Source: Coraliomargarita sp. (GTDB lineage: Bacteria; Verrucomicrobiota; Verrucomicrobiia; Opitutales; Coraliomargaritaceae). From it: 64,000 nt of DNA. The position numbers and the translations under genes were made by a program. Positions 9,888 to 28,456 of this stretch are shown here, in pieces (positions within the stretch are counted from its first letter, which is position 1; every line of letters starts with the position of its first letter). The notes under the pieces were generated by a model. That model did not search any database and was not told the DNA's origin. It saw only the letters and a list, made by a program, of their open reading frames with translations. Where the stretch lies: assembly GCA_965216325.1 (NCBI GenBank), contig OZ244160.1, forward strand, positions 2,336,001 to 2,400,000. The letters are read 5' to 3'.

Positions 9888-10017
9888 GAAACGAACATAG
9901 CAGGGGCTTTGCTTGCGAAGCCCGCCGCGTCAGAGTGATCTTCTGAGACGCCGTTCTTTCCTGACTGAGGGCGTCGCATACAACGCCTCGACACTAGCTT
10001 TAAGGCCGTTCATTGAG

Positions 10018-10153
10018 TTCTCCTCCTTGTTTAAGGAGGAGTGCCCTGAGCTTGTCGAAGGGGGAGGTGGTTTGTTCCTGCGTTGGAAGTCTTCTCGGAG
10101 AGCAATCACCCCGACCGGGCAAGCCGGTCACCCCTCCTTGAAAAAGAGGGGAG
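10018..10153. repeat. Palindromic intergenic repeat (ctcctcc..ggaggag / ccctcc..gaggggag family)
   Basis: Multiple short hairpins, with a nested ccctgagcttgtcgaaggg. A related copy lies at 20814-20950. Confidence 0.6.
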
Positions 10154-10231
10154 CTGTTGAGTGGCGCTTGCGATACAGTGCGTAGTGGGGGCTGTGCTGG
10201 GTCAGAGTTGTTCTTCGCGCGCGCTGTGCAC

Positions 10232-10266
10232 AAAAAAACGCTGAACACCATTCGATGTTCAGCGTT
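10232..10266 (-). terminator. Probable intrinsic terminator of rne/rng
   Basis: Stem aacgctgaaca / tgttcagcgtt next to an A-tract on the + strand (U-tract on the - strand). Confidence 0.65.
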
Positions 10267-10304
10267 GAAAGTTCGACGTTCAACGTTCGCTAGTTGCGCA
10301 GCAA

Positions 10305-12059
<1,755 letters not shown>

Positions 12060-12147
12060 GGGTCGTATGGTGTTCCGGGTTTATCCGGAGACCCTTCGTG
12101 CTGGCAGCTGCGGCCGTGCAAGTCTTGCGCTTCGAGGTAAGAAGTTA

Positions 12148-13401
<1,254 letters not shown>

Positions 13402-13425
13402 TCGCTTAACTCGCTACGCGAGTGT

Positions 13426-13522
13426 GGGAAGGTTCCAAGGTGGGAACGTGGGAAAGTGGAAAGGTCTTAAGGTGGGAGCGTGGTTTGGCTACTTTCATAC
13501 CTTTAACCTTCATACTTTCGCA
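13426..13522. repeat. Inverted array of degenerate octamer repeats
   Basis: aaggttcc aaggtggg aacgtggg aaagtgga aaggtctt aaggtggg, followed by complementary-type units (actttcat acctttaa ccttcat actttcgc). Confidence 0.55.
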
Positions 13523-13543
13523 CAAGTGAATTGAGCCGCAGGC

Positions 13544-14005
13544 TCAATTCACGTCCCCCAGATAGTTCGAGCCCGGGGCGAAACCGGTTTCACTGAAGAA
13601 GTCTTTGATCACATTGGGCAGGAAGCGGCGCTGCTGGAGCTCCTTGAGTGGGATCCACTCCACGCCGATTTGCTTTTTGTCGTGCTCGGTGCCCGGCCCG
13701 ATGCCATCCGGGTTGGGCAGACTGCAGCGGAATACACTCTCTAATTGGTGGAACGCGTGGTGGGCTTTGCGGAACTCGTGGTTTTTGCCGATATATTCGC
13801 GCACATAGAGCAGCTCGCCGACCTCAACCTCGGTGCCGATCTCTTCCAGGCACTCGCGGCGTAGCCCTTCGCGCAGGGTTTCACCATGGTGTTGTCCGCC
13901 GCCCGGCAGGATATAGAAAATCCCCGACTGATCGCGCATTTTGATGGCGAGCAGTTTTTCTTCGAGGATGATGAGAGCGCGGGCAGCTGTGCGGATAGGA
14001 CGCAT
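13544..14005 (-). CDS. NUDIX hydrolase
   Basis: Nudix box [25 protein letters not shown]. Start ATG at 14005. Confidence 0.9.
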   Translation of the reverse strand: MRPIRTAARALIILEEKLLAIKMRDQSGIFYILPGGGQHHGETLREGLRRECLEEIGTEVEVGELLYVREYIGKNHEFRKAHHAFHQLESVFRCSLPNPDGIGPGTEHDKKQIGVEWIPLKELQQRRFLPNVIKDFFSETGFAPGSNYLGDVN

Positions 14006-14143
14006 ATATCTGTGATAAACAAAGGCCAGCGAGCCGTTGAGCAAGACTCAAGCGCAGTTGAGTCATAAATTTGTCAAAAAACGTCAATCCATTTGCAAGA
14101 TTTCAGATTTATGACAGTTCTATGAGTCCAACTAATCATAGAT

Positions 14144-14479
14144 ATGCCATTACAAAAACTCTGGGCACCTCTAACACATTCCCCCAAGCTCGTCGCCTAT
14201 GCCGACGCGCAGTTTGGACTCGGGCGCGACATGCAGCGAGACCAGCTTCTTTCGTATGTGGACGAGAGTCCATTTTCGCTCATTGATTGGATCGAATCCC
14301 TAAAATTGCTGGGCCACTGGCTAGATGCACACGACCAGCTTATGGAGGTCGAGGATCAGTTGGGCTATGTTTCTTGCGCGGTTGAGGCTGCGGGCGCGGA
14401 CGCGCAACTTGCTCACTTGCCGACGCTGGTTTCGGACATGTTGCATGCCTACGGCTGCGAGCGTGCGGTTGAAAAGTAG
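14144..14479 (+). CDS. Hypothetical protein (111 aa)
   Basis: ATG start, protein-like helical composition, fills the gap divergent from the NUDIX gene. No family recognised. Confidence 0.6.
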   Translation: MPLQKLWAPLTHSPKLVAYADAQFGLGRDMQRDQLLSYVDESPFSLIDWIESLKLLGHWLDAHDQLMEVEDQLGYVSCAVEAAGADAQLAHLPTLVSDMLHAYGCERAVEK

Positions 14480-14661
14480 CGGCCATTGGTCGCGTTGCGT
14501 AAGTAACGGAGGGTGGGCGCTCTTACCCACCTCGGCGTCTGAAAGCTGTTCCGCTGTAGGGCAGGACAAGAGTGTCCCGCCTCCTTGGGCGATCAAACTG
14601 ATTACTGTTTTAGAGATTCGTGGCTTGTCACACTACTGAGTGCATCTAAAACCAGACGCGC

Positions 14662-16017
14662 ATGGTAGAGGAAAATACGGCAGCCGAATCCGAGATTGAG
14701 GAACTGATTTCAAAGAATCAGCTCAAAGCCGTAGCTGAACGATTGCGAAGTTGGGCGCTACCGGAGATCGCGGACTTGTTGATTGCACTCGCCAAGCCGC
14801 AGCAGATCCTTGTTTACCGAGCCTTGCCGCGTCAGCGTGCAGCAGACGTATTCGCGCTGCTCGAAGCCGAGGACCAGGATACCTTGCTGACAGCACTGAC
14901 GGACGCCGATACCCGCACACTGCTGGCTGACCTGAGTCCTGACGACCGGACCGAGATGCTGGAGGAATTACCGGCCAATGTCACGCGTCGCTTGATGCAG
15001 CTGCTGAGCCCCGCTGACCTTGCTGAATCCCGCCAATTGCTGGGCTATCCAGAGGAGAGTGTGGGTCGTCTGATGACACCGGACTACATTCGTTTGCGCG
15101 CTGAGTGGACCTGTGAGCAAGCGCTCGACCATATGCGCAAATACGGGCGCGATTCCGAAATTTTCAATATCCTCTACGTCACGGATGCGGCGGGTAAGCT
15201 GATCGATATTGTGCGCATGCGTCGCCTGATTATGGCGCCGCCGGCGACTGTAATTCAGGACATGCTGAATTACAACTGTATCAGCCTGTCAGCTTATGAT
15301 GACCGAGAAGTGGCGGTTGAGCAGATCCAGCGTTACGATGTGAACGCTTTGCCAGTGGTGGACTCGGAGGGAGTGCTGCTTGGGATCGTGACGGTGGACG
15401 ACATCATGGACGTCGCGGAAGAGGAGGTCACCGAGGATATTCAAAAGGGTGTCGCGGTGGCGCCGCTGGAAACCAAGTATAGTGCGGCCAAGCCCACGCA
15501 GTTGTTTCGCAAGCGGATCGTTTGGCTCTTGGTGCTGATTTTCGTGAACCTGATCTCTGCGGGCGTGATTTCGCACTACGAGGAATTGGTCAAAGAGGTG
15601 ATAACCCTCACGCTGTTTATGCCGCTGGTCATTGCCAGTGGCGGTAACTGTGGCGCGCAGTCGGCAACGCTGATGGTGCGTGCGATTGCCACCGGTGACC
15701 TCGAACTCAGTGACTGGTGGAGCGCGGTCTGGAAGGAAATCTTGGTCGGTGTGCTGCTCGGCGTGGCGATGGCCGTGATTGCTGGTGGAGTCGGGCATCT
15801 GTATGGTGGCGACTACCACGTGGCGTTGATCGTGGGCTTTAGTATGGTTTCGATTGTGTTCTTTGCGAATGCCTTCGGCGCCTTGTTACCGTTTATCTTG
15901 AGCCGCCTTAAGGTGGACCCTGCGGCTGCGAGCACTCCGCTGATTACCTCAGTGATGGACGTGCTCGGGCTGATCATCTACTTCACCATCGCGGTCGCCG
16001 TGCTGGGGAGTTTGTAG
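14662..16017 (+). CDS. mgtE: Magnesium transporter MgtE
   Basis: N-domain, CBS pair ([18 protein letters not shown]) and TM motifs GGNCGAQ and [15 protein letters not shown]. Confidence 0.95.
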   Translation: MVEENTAAESEIEELISKNQLKAVAERLRSWALPEIADLLIALAKPQQILVYRALPRQRAADVFALLEAEDQDTLLTALTDADTRTLLADLSPDDRTEMLEELPANVTRRLMQLLSPADLAESRQLLGYPEESVGRLMTPDYIRLRAEWTCEQALDHMRKYGRDSEIFNILYVTDAAGKLIDIVRMRRLIMAPPATVIQDMLNYNCISLSAYDDREVAVEQIQRYDVNALPVVDSEGVLLGIVTVDDIMDVAEEEVTEDIQKGVAVAPLETKYSAAKPTQLFRKRIVWLLVLIFVNLISAGVISHYEELVKEVITLTLFMPLVIASGGNCGAQSATLMVRAIATGDLELSDWWSAVWKEILVGVLLGVAMAVIAGGVGHLYGGDYHVALIVGFSMVSIVFFANAFGALLPFILSRLKVDPAAASTPLITSVMDVLGLIIYFTIAVAVLGSL

Positions 16018-16027
16018 CTTTGAGTGA

Positions 16028-16218
16028 GTAGGGCTCGTGCTTGCACGATGCCGCCAGTTCGTAGAGCGGCGCTTTGCGAGCAAAGGCCCTACGAAGAAGG
16101 CACGTTGCGTTTTGTGTGTTTCTTTTTAGGTAGCGCAGCCGCGTCTCGCGGCGCACCACGTTGTTGTGAGTTCAGCCATATGTCAGTTCTTGCGGAGCGA
16201 GGACGCTCCTGCGCTACC
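16028..16218. repeat. Two adjacent GTAG REP doublets
   Basis: gtagggc..gccctac (16028-16092) and ggtagcgcag..ctgcgctacc (16129-16218). Confidence 0.75.
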
Positions 16219-16292
16219 CGCAGAAAACAATTCACACTCTGGAAAATCCGGCTTGCCACCTGCGAGTCACGATAGCAGACCTTTTTGCCATC

Positions 16293-17552
16293 ATGAGTAA
16301 GAAAATCGTTCTCGCATATTCTGGGGGGCTCGACACCTCCGTTCTCGTTAGCTGGCTCAAGGAGCACTACAACGCGGAGATCATCACGTTCGCGGCCGAC
16401 GTCGGTCAGGAAGAGGAACTCGACGGTCTCGCTGAAAAGGCGAAGGCAACGGGCGCATCCGCCCACTACACCGTCGACCTCGTTGACGAGTTTGCTCGCG
16501 ATTTCATCTTCCCGATGATGCGCGCCAACGCGCTCTACGAAGGTCAATACCTGCTCGGCACTTCGATCGCACGCCCACTCATTTCCAAGGCACACGTTGA
16601 AATCGCCGAGAAGGAAGGCGCCGACGCAGTCGCCCACGGTGCAACGGGTAAGGGCAATGACCAAGTCCGTTTTGAATTCGGTTATGCAGCCTTAGCTCCA
16701 GACCTCGAAATTATTTCCCCATGGCGTATGGAAGTCTTCCGCAAGGCCTTCCCAGGACGCACCGAGATGATCGATTACTGCCGCGAGCACAATATCGACG
16801 TCGAAGCGAGCGCATCGAAGCCATACTCCATGGACCGCAACTTGCTGCACATCTCTTACGAAGCTGGCATTCTTGAAGACCCATGGTTTGACCCAACTAC
16901 AGAGGACAACAAGGGCATGTATAAGCTGACCGTCGATCCTCAGGACGCACCGGACGAAGCCGAATACGTCGAGCTCGACTTCGAGCGTGGTGACTGTGTT
17001 GCGGTCAACGGCGAAGCCATGACACCTGCTCAAGTGATGAAGACGCTCAACGCACTGGCAGGTAAGCACGGTGTAGGCCGCGTCGACATCATCGAAAACC
17101 GTTTCGTCGGCATGAAGAGCCGTGGTGTGTATGAAACACCGGGCGGCACGATCCTCCTGCAAGGTCACCGCAACATGGAAACACTCACCATGGACCGCGA
17201 GCTCATGCACTTGCGCGACAGCTTGATCCCACGCTACGCGGAGCTCGTTTACAACGGCTTCTGGTATGCGCCTGAGCGTGAAGCACTCCAAGCGCTGATC
17301 GATGACTCCCAAAAGACAGTCACTGGCACGGTTCGCCTGAAGCTTTACAAGGGCAACGTCACGACTGTTGGCCGTAAGTCGCCACTGTCGCTCTACGACG
17401 AAGACATTGCATCGATGGAAGGTGTGGACAGCGATTACAACCCAGACGACGCAAGCGGCTTCATCCGCCTTAACGCGCTTCGCCTCCGTCGCCGTGCGAT
17501 CGCACAAGGTGGCCCGGAAATCGCATCCGAGAGCAATCTGAAGAAGGACTAA
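16293..17552 (+). CDS. argG: Argininosuccinate synthase
   Basis: [31 protein letters not shown] and [17 protein letters not shown] motifs. Confidence 0.98.
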   Translation: MSKKIVLAYSGGLDTSVLVSWLKEHYNAEIITFAADVGQEEELDGLAEKAKATGASAHYTVDLVDEFARDFIFPMMRANALYEGQYLLGTSIARPLISKAHVEIAEKEGADAVAHGATGKGNDQVRFEFGYAALAPDLEIISPWRMEVFRKAFPGRTEMIDYCREHNIDVEASASKPYSMDRNLLHISYEAGILEDPWFDPTTEDNKGMYKLTVDPQDAPDEAEYVELDFERGDCVAVNGEAMTPAQVMKTLNALAGKHGVGRVDIIENRFVGMKSRGVYETPGGTILLQGHRNMETLTMDRELMHLRDSLIPRYAELVYNGFWYAPEREALQALIDDSQKTVTGTVRLKLYKGNVTTVGRKSPLSLYDEDIASMEGVDSDYNPDDASGFIRLNALRLRRRAIAQGGPEIASESNLKKD

Positions 17553-17594
17553 TTCAGAGGCCGGAGGTCAGAGGACAGAGGCCAGAATATTTCA

Positions 17595-17629
17595 AGCGCG
17601 AAGGAGCTCAGAGCCCTTCGCGCTTTTTT
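17595..17629 (+). terminator. Intrinsic terminator after argG
   Basis: Stem agcgcgaagg..ccttcgcgct followed by a T-tract. Preceded by heptamer repeats (cagagg-type) at about 17555-17586. Confidence 0.8.
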
Positions 17630-17696
17630 GTTGAAGTAGAAGCGTGCTTCCAGCCGCTTCCCTCTAGGTCTAGCCAAAAGCGGCAAGATGTCGCAT

Positions 17697-18014
17697 CTAC
17701 TGTATCCCTTGCCTACGCCGTGCCTCAATACACTGCTCGCTGCCGGGTTCGAACTTGCGGCAGACCTCCGGGCGATCCTCGTAGATCTTGCAGAGTTGAT
17801 CGTCTTTTAGAAAGGGGCACTGCGCGAGGAAGGGGATCGGGAAGAGTTGGTAGACCTTGTCGTCGGTTTGCAGGTGCTCCTTGAGCTTACGAGCGTGGCC
17901 GTAGATCTTGGGGGCGCGCTCGGCATCGGCCTCGCTGGCGAAGATTGGGAAGCTGCGGCAACAGGCACCGCAATGGGTGCAATCAAACTCTGGGGTCTTT
18001 GAATCTCTATCCAT
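17697..18014 (-). CDS. YkgJ family cysteine-cluster (CxxCxxCC) protein
   Basis: CTHCGACC, CPFL and CKIYEDRPEVCR motifs. Confidence 0.9.
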   Translation of the reverse strand: MDRDSKTPEFDCTHCGACCRSFPIFASEADAERAPKIYGHARKLKEHLQTDDKVYQLFPIPFLAQCPFLKDDQLCKIYEDRPEVCRKFEPGSEQCIEARRRQGIQ

Positions 18015-18177
18015 TAGGGCAAAGAAAAAGGCAGCCAGAATAGCTGCCTTCTGTAAAGAGTGTTAGTGTTGGGGTTTGTAGCTCAGGCGCGTGTCCGCCA
18101 TAGCTTAAGCGGCGGCGGGTCTCGCCTGAGTCATCGGGCCAAACGTTCACACAGGCAAGATGCCTGTGCTACGCTCC

Positions 18178-18522
18178 TTAGAACGGAGGCTCTTCGTCGA
18201 GCACTTCGTCGCCCGGATCGAAGGGAGGTGGCTCGTCGTCGGCTGCGCCACCCGCGCCGGCTGCATCGACACGCCATGCGGCAAGGTTGACGAAATACTT
18301 GCCGTTCCACTCGCGGCCATTGATGTCGAAAGTCACCTTCACTTTGTCGCCCTTGTTGAGCTTATTGACCAGCTCGACCTTGTCTTTTAGACACTCGAAC
18401 TTGATGTCCTGAGGGAATTTGTCGGCCTCTGAGGTGACCACGAATTCACGCTTATTAAAGCCACTGGCAAAGGTTTGCTCGTCGAAGATTTCTTTTACGG
18501 TTCCGGTTAGTTCAAATGACAT
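18178..18522 (-). CDS. DUF3127 family OB-fold protein (SSB-like)
   Basis: F.KREFVV, FPQ.I.FE and [16 protein letters not shown] motifs; acidic tail ending EEPPF. Confidence 0.85.
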   Translation of the reverse strand: MSFELTGTVKEIFDEQTFASGFNKREFVVTSEADKFPQDIKFECLKDKVELVNKLNKGDKVKVTFDINGREWNGKYFVNLAAWRVDAAGAGGAADDEPPPFDPGDEVLDEEPPF

Positions 18523-18700
18523 GCGCTGGATCAAATGCAGCTGCTTCGGTGATGCAAAACATTTCGTTAGGGAAAAGTGAATTCGCGAATTGGGCCTGTT
18601 TCGGGAGCCAAGATGGGGACCTAGCTGTATTGCAAGTGCTTAGGTGTCGGAGATGTTTGTTGTCATCGTTGGTGTGTGCTGCTCTGCTAGTGTATTGAAT

Positions 18701-19386
18701 ATGGGTAAGCTCCTACAGTCTGTATCGCTGTCGTTATCACTCATTGGTCTATTGCATCATCTGGCGGCGGAAACGGCTTATCGGATTGAAGCTAAAGGCT
18801 AATCATTCAGGTCGTTGAATTCTCGAAGGAGGAGAATCGATCTTTCGAGTTGCTTGATCATTCGAAGGTTCAGCAGGGCCAGTGGATTGATCGTCAGTTT
18901 TCGGATGCATATTTGTTAATGGTTAATGGCGGCTATTTTGATGGGAGGGGGGAACGGATTGGTTACTGCAAGATCGGTGATGTGATCCACTCTGCTTTGG
19001 ATAGCCCCAAGCTTTCTGGCTATCTGGTCATTGATGCTGCAGGACGATTGGATCTGAGGTTCAAGGAGCGGCCGCAAGATGCTCACTCGGTGTTACAGTG
19101 TGGTCCCTATGTGATCGATCCGGGGGGCAAACTTGGCATTCGAACAAAAAACGGTCTTCCTGCTAAGCGGACTTTAGTCGGTATCAAGGACGATGATTCG
19201 GTGTTGATTATGTCTAGCGATGAAGTGCTGCTTTACGACTTAGCTCGTATCTTGAAGGAGGAGATCCCCGACCTTGATCGGGCACTCAATTTAGACGGTG
19301 GCCCGTCGGTTGGATTTTACTATGGCCAGATACGTGTGAAGAATCGTAATCCAGTGGCGAACTTTCTGGCTAGACAGAGAGAGTGA
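18701..19386 (+). pseudogene. Phosphodiester glycosidase (NAGPA-like) family protein, frameshifted near 18800
   Basis: ATG 18701 gives a signal-peptide-like MGKLLQSVSLSLSLIGLLHHLAA that stops at TAA 18800-18802. The catalytic part (VNGGYF, QCGP, RTLVG, ALNLDGGPS) is in the +1 frame, open from about 18796. Confidence 0.65.
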
Positions 19387-19509
19387 TCGCCACAAAAAAC
19401 ACGAAGTGATCCGTCGCTGCGTTATAACGCAGCCAAGCTAGATTTTGTGCCTTAAAATTTCGCAGGCATAGTGAGTCGAGGCGTAAAGCCTCTCCTACTA
19501 TTGTGGAGC

Positions 19510-20745
19510 TTAGAATGTGTAGGTTAAGAACAGACGGGCATCGGTTAGGGTGCTGTTGTCTCTGCCTGAGTTGCCATCTCGGTAGCCGACTGCGCCTTTT
19601 AAGCTTACGCTGAGGTGCTCAGTAATCGGTTGTTTCGCGACGAAATCCAGCTCCTGTGCATCGAAGTCGAGTTTGTCCTGCCAAGTGTAGTTATACAATG
19701 CGTAGAGCACCGTTTGGTTCACTTTGGTGGTGGCTTTGAGGTAGGCCGTTTGAGCGCCGCCGTTAAACTGGCAGGCGCACAGAATCATTGAAGCGCCGAG
19801 CGGGTGATTGATGCCGGTTGTGAGTTCCTGGAAGCGCAGGGTGCTGCCGTGGACCGCAAAGTAGCCAGGCTCGAGAGTGAAGTTGCCGACCTTTTTACTG
19901 TAAGAGAGCCCATAGGCGTCGGAGTGTTGGCTCCCGGCTTTGCCGACATCGCCCTCGTGGCGGTAGTAGCCGGTCACTTTGGCATCTTCGCTAAGCGTAT
20001 ATTGAATGCGTGTGCCGATCAGGTTGGTGACATCCCAGGCATAGGCGTCGAAGAGCGCGATCTCCCAGTCTTCGAAACCGGTGTAGAGTCCTTCTGCCCA
20101 GGTGATGCCGTCGGTATCGTAGCCAGTGCCGAAGACATCGCCGAAGTCGTTGAAGTCCCAGCGGTCAATACCCGTTGGGCTGGTGCTGCCGAGCCAGTTG
20201 CTCATCTCATGCGCATGGCCGAGGGTGAGCGCTAAGTTGGAAATGTCCTTGGTGATGAGCTGGACGGCTTCGATTGCGCGTGCTTTTTGGCGGACATCGT
20301 CGGCCCTGAAGACTTCGCCATTACTGATCTTTCGACCGACCAGCGCTTGGGTATCTTCTAGATCGAAGGCCTCAAGGTCGTAGCGAACCCATGCCTCGTT
20401 GAGCACGTTGATGTCGTCGTTGTGCAAGAGGTTCGTGTTGCCGCCGTCGGTAAGGGTGAAGGCGTAGTTGTAGGCTCCGCCGACATCGAAACCGGAGAGT
20501 TCCAGCGACTGATAGTTGATGACGAATCCGAGCGTCGTCGCATCCCCGTGATCCCCTCCGGGAGCATCTTCGAAGTCGCGATACATGGAGAGAATTTGAG
20601 CGCGTCCGGAGAAGGTGCCATAACCCAAATCGTTGATTGGCTGTGCAATACTTCGAGCTGGGCTATCTGCTTGAGTGTTGTCTGCGAGGGCCGTCAGCGA
20701 AGAAGTGAGTGCTGCGGCTGCCAGAAGTGTGGCGGTCTTTGTCAT
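19510..20745 (-). CDS. Outer-membrane beta-barrel / porin-like protein (OprD-like)
   Basis: Signal peptide, alternating amphipathic beta-strands and a C-terminal RLFLTYTF barrel signature. Confidence 0.7.
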   Translation of the reverse strand: MTKTATLLAAAALTSSLTALADNTQADSPARSIAQPINDLGYGTFSGRAQILSMYRDFEDAPGGDHGDATTLGFVINYQSLELSGFDVGGAYNYAFTLTDGGNTNLLHNDDINVLNEAWVRYDLEAFDLEDTQALVGRKISNGEVFRADDVRQKARAIEAVQLITKDISNLALTLGHAHEMSNWLGSTSPTGIDRWDFNDFGDVFGTGYDTDGITWAEGLYTGFEDWEIALFDAYAWDVTNLIGTRIQYTLSEDAKVTGYYRHEGDVGKAGSQHSDAYGLSYSKKVGNFTLEPGYFAVHGSTLRFQELTTGINHPLGASMILCACQFNGGAQTAYLKATTKVNQTVLYALYNYTWQDKLDFDAQELDFVAKQPITEHLSVSLKGAVGYRDGNSGRDNSTLTDARLFLTYTF

Positions 20746-20977
20746 GTTGTTTGTGTGTTAACTAATACCGAAGCTCAAAAGCTTTGGCCTAAAGGCATTA
20801 ACACGCCTCGGGAACCACCCCGGTCGGGTTATTATGCCCTTGGGTACAAGCCGACCACTCCTCGTTGAAAAGGAGGAGAGTCAGAGCGAATGAAAAGAAA
20901 GCTCCTCCCCTGCTAAGGGGAGGTCACCTGCTTGCAGGTGGGAGGGGTTTATCAGCCCGAAAGCTTTATTGAATCGG

Positions 20978-21013
20978 AAAAAGCAGAGGCTCCCTCGGTT
21001 GGGAGGGAGCCTC
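20978..21013 (-). terminator. Intrinsic terminator after the mutase operon
   Basis: Perfect stem gaggctccctc / gagggagcctc, with an A-tract on the + strand side. Confidence 0.75.
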
Positions 21014-21038
21014 AGTGTAATTTCGTCGGAAGCGGCGC

Positions 21039-23204
<2,166 letters not shown>

Positions 23205-23238
23205 CGTTTTAAAACTGTAGTTTAATTTTGAATACGAT

Positions 23239-25374
<2,136 letters not shown>

Positions 25375-25504
25375 AAGCAAATCTTAATAAAATTAAAACT
25401 ATGATAAGAAAAACTTGCTAATTGGCGGAATGGTTGTCAATAAGAATACATAATCTATTAATGATTAAAGTTAAGAAGTTCTAATACCAAACCCAACCAG
25501 CACT
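25375..25504. promoter_or_regulatory. AT-rich divergent promoter region between mutA and mce
   Basis: Visibly AT-rich intergenic segment with overlapping TTGTCA/TTGACA hexamers at about 25434-25440 on the two strands. Confidence 0.5.
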
Positions 25505-25909
25505 ATGATCCAGAAAATAGACCACCTAGGTATCGCAGTTAAGAGCCTTGATGACTCCATCGAGTATTATGAGAAAGCACTAGGCTTACATTGTCATGGA
25601 CGCGAAGAAGTCGAATCGCAAAAGGTAAAAACTGCTTTTTTTGAGGCGGGCGATGTGCACATCGAATTGTTGGAGCCCACTGCAGAAGACAGCCCGATCG
25701 CAAAGTTTATCGAAAAAAATGGTGAGGGAATCCACCACATTGCGTTTGCAACCGACGATATTGAGGGTCAATTGAAGCAAGCGTCCGATAGTGGCGTGCG
25801 TCTGATCCATGAAGTGCCTTTCGAGGGGGCAGCTAACAAACTGGTCGCCTTCCTTCACCCTAAGTCAACGCGCGGTGTGCTTACTGAGTTCTGCATGGAC
25901 AAGAAGTAA
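25505..25909 (+). CDS. mce: Methylmalonyl-CoA epimerase
   Basis: IDHLGIAV, IELLEP, GEGIHHIAF and FLHPKST.GVLTE motifs. Confidence 0.95.
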   Translation: MIQKIDHLGIAVKSLDDSIEYYEKALGLHCHGREEVESQKVKTAFFEAGDVHIELLEPTAEDSPIAKFIEKNGEGIHHIAFATDDIEGQLKQASDSGVRLIHEVPFEGAANKLVAFLHPKSTRGVLTEFCMDKK

Positions 25910-25955
25910 GACAACTGCGCAGCCAACATATTCACCAATAGATTAGATCGCAATT

Positions 25956-27506
<1,551 letters not shown>

Positions 27507-27541
27507 GCCTTCGACCGTCTCATCTTAACGTATTTGAATTA

Positions 27542-27982
27542 ATGATACACTCACTTACCATTCTAGGGGCTGTGGAAGCAGGAACTGCGGATAGTGTGTC
27601 CAGTATCGTGGTGATCGGATTTTCCTTCGTCCTGTTGGTGCTCGCAGTCTTGGCTGCGGTCACCGCAGTGATGGGGATGGTCTTCGCCAAACGAGCTGCA
27701 CGCGATGCCGAGAAGGCTGCTGAGAAGGCCCAAGTTACACTGGATAAAGCGAACGCAGCAGCTGCTGCTAAGCCAGTCGCTGCTCCGGCAGTTGCAAGTA
27801 AACCAGTTGCTGCGGCTCGGGCGGATAGTGCCGATGATGAAGCCATCTTCGCAGTGATTTCTGCAGCCGTGCACACGGTCATTGGAGATCGCGCGCACCG
27901 TATTGTTTCGATCCGTGGCGCAGGCCCGGGTTGGGCGCAGGAAGGCCGTCGCCAAATCTTCTCTTCACACCGTGTTCGCTAG
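27542..27982 (+). CDS. mmdD: OadG/MmdD family membrane anchor subunit
   Basis: One TM segment (GFSFVLLVLAVL), an Ala/Pro linker, AVISAAV and W..EGR. Confidence 0.8.
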   Translation: MIHSLTILGAVEAGTADSVSSIVVIGFSFVLLVLAVLAAVTAVMGMVFAKRAARDAEKAAEKAQVTLDKANAAAAAKPVAAPAVASKPVAAARADSADDEAIFAVISAAVHTVIGDRAHRIVSIRGAGPGWAQEGRRQIFSSHRVR

Positions 27983-28025
27983 TTCGGACACATCTAAACT
28001 AATTCACCAATAATTTTTTATTCTT

Positions 28026-28415
28026 ATGAAACGCTTACGTATTACCGTCGAAGGCAAAGCCTACGAAGTTGATGTTGAAATCCTGGATGAAGGCTTCGCC
28101 GCGCCAGCGCCGCGCCCAGTCTCATCCGCGAGTGCCCGTGTTGCCGCTCCAATCGCGAAGGCTGCTCCAGCAGCACCGAAGCCTGTTGCAGGTGGCGGTG
28201 GCGCCGGTGATGTTGCCAGCCCATTGGCTGCTGTGGTGGTTTCCGTTGATGTCGCTGTTGGCGACACTGTGGAAGAAGGTCAAAAGGTTGTGACACTTGA
28301 AGCGATGAAGATGAACACCATCGTTTCTGCTACCAAGGCAGGCACTGTGTCGGCCATCAATGTAGCCGCAGGCGATGCAGTCGAAGAAGGCCAGTCTATG
28401 GTCAGCATCGACTAA
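28026..28415 (+). CDS. mmdC: Biotin carboxyl carrier subunit
   Basis: Biotinylation motif LEAMKM, Ala/Pro linker, N-terminal ITVEGKAYEV. Confidence 0.9.
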   Translation: MKRLRITVEGKAYEVDVEILDEGFAAPAPRPVSSASARVAAPIAKAAPAAPKPVAGGGGAGDVASPLAAVVVSVDVAVGDTVEEGQKVVTLEAMKMNTIVSATKAGTVSAINVAAGDAVEEGQSMVSID

Positions 28416-28456
28416 GTTAGTTTAGCTGAGTCCCCTTTACCTATATTTGATTCGCT

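Larger units (their letters stand above)
8426..9903 (+). mobile_element. IS110-family (IS1111-type) insertion sequence inserted in a REP element at an AG core
   Basis: Joining the flanks at AG (8426-8427 and 9902-9903) restores ccgtAGgggctttgcttgcgaagcccgcc, 1 mismatch from the empty REP arm at 32349-32377 (reverse complement). Imperfect sub-terminal IRs: atgggcgttt..tcaggag (from 8433) versus ctcttga..aaacgaacat (ending 9898). Long 3' non-coding region. Confidence 0.9.

Noticed and set aside
8425..9900. Alternative IS boundaries using a TAG core (8425-8427 and 9898-9900)
   Set aside because: This would restore cgtagcaggggc, which fits the REP consensus worse. The AG core restores the REP and matches the ATAGCAG donor guide.
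25375..25504. Cobalamin riboswitch upstream of the mutase genes
   Set aside because: The region is only about 130 bp, AT-rich and lacks B12-box motifs.
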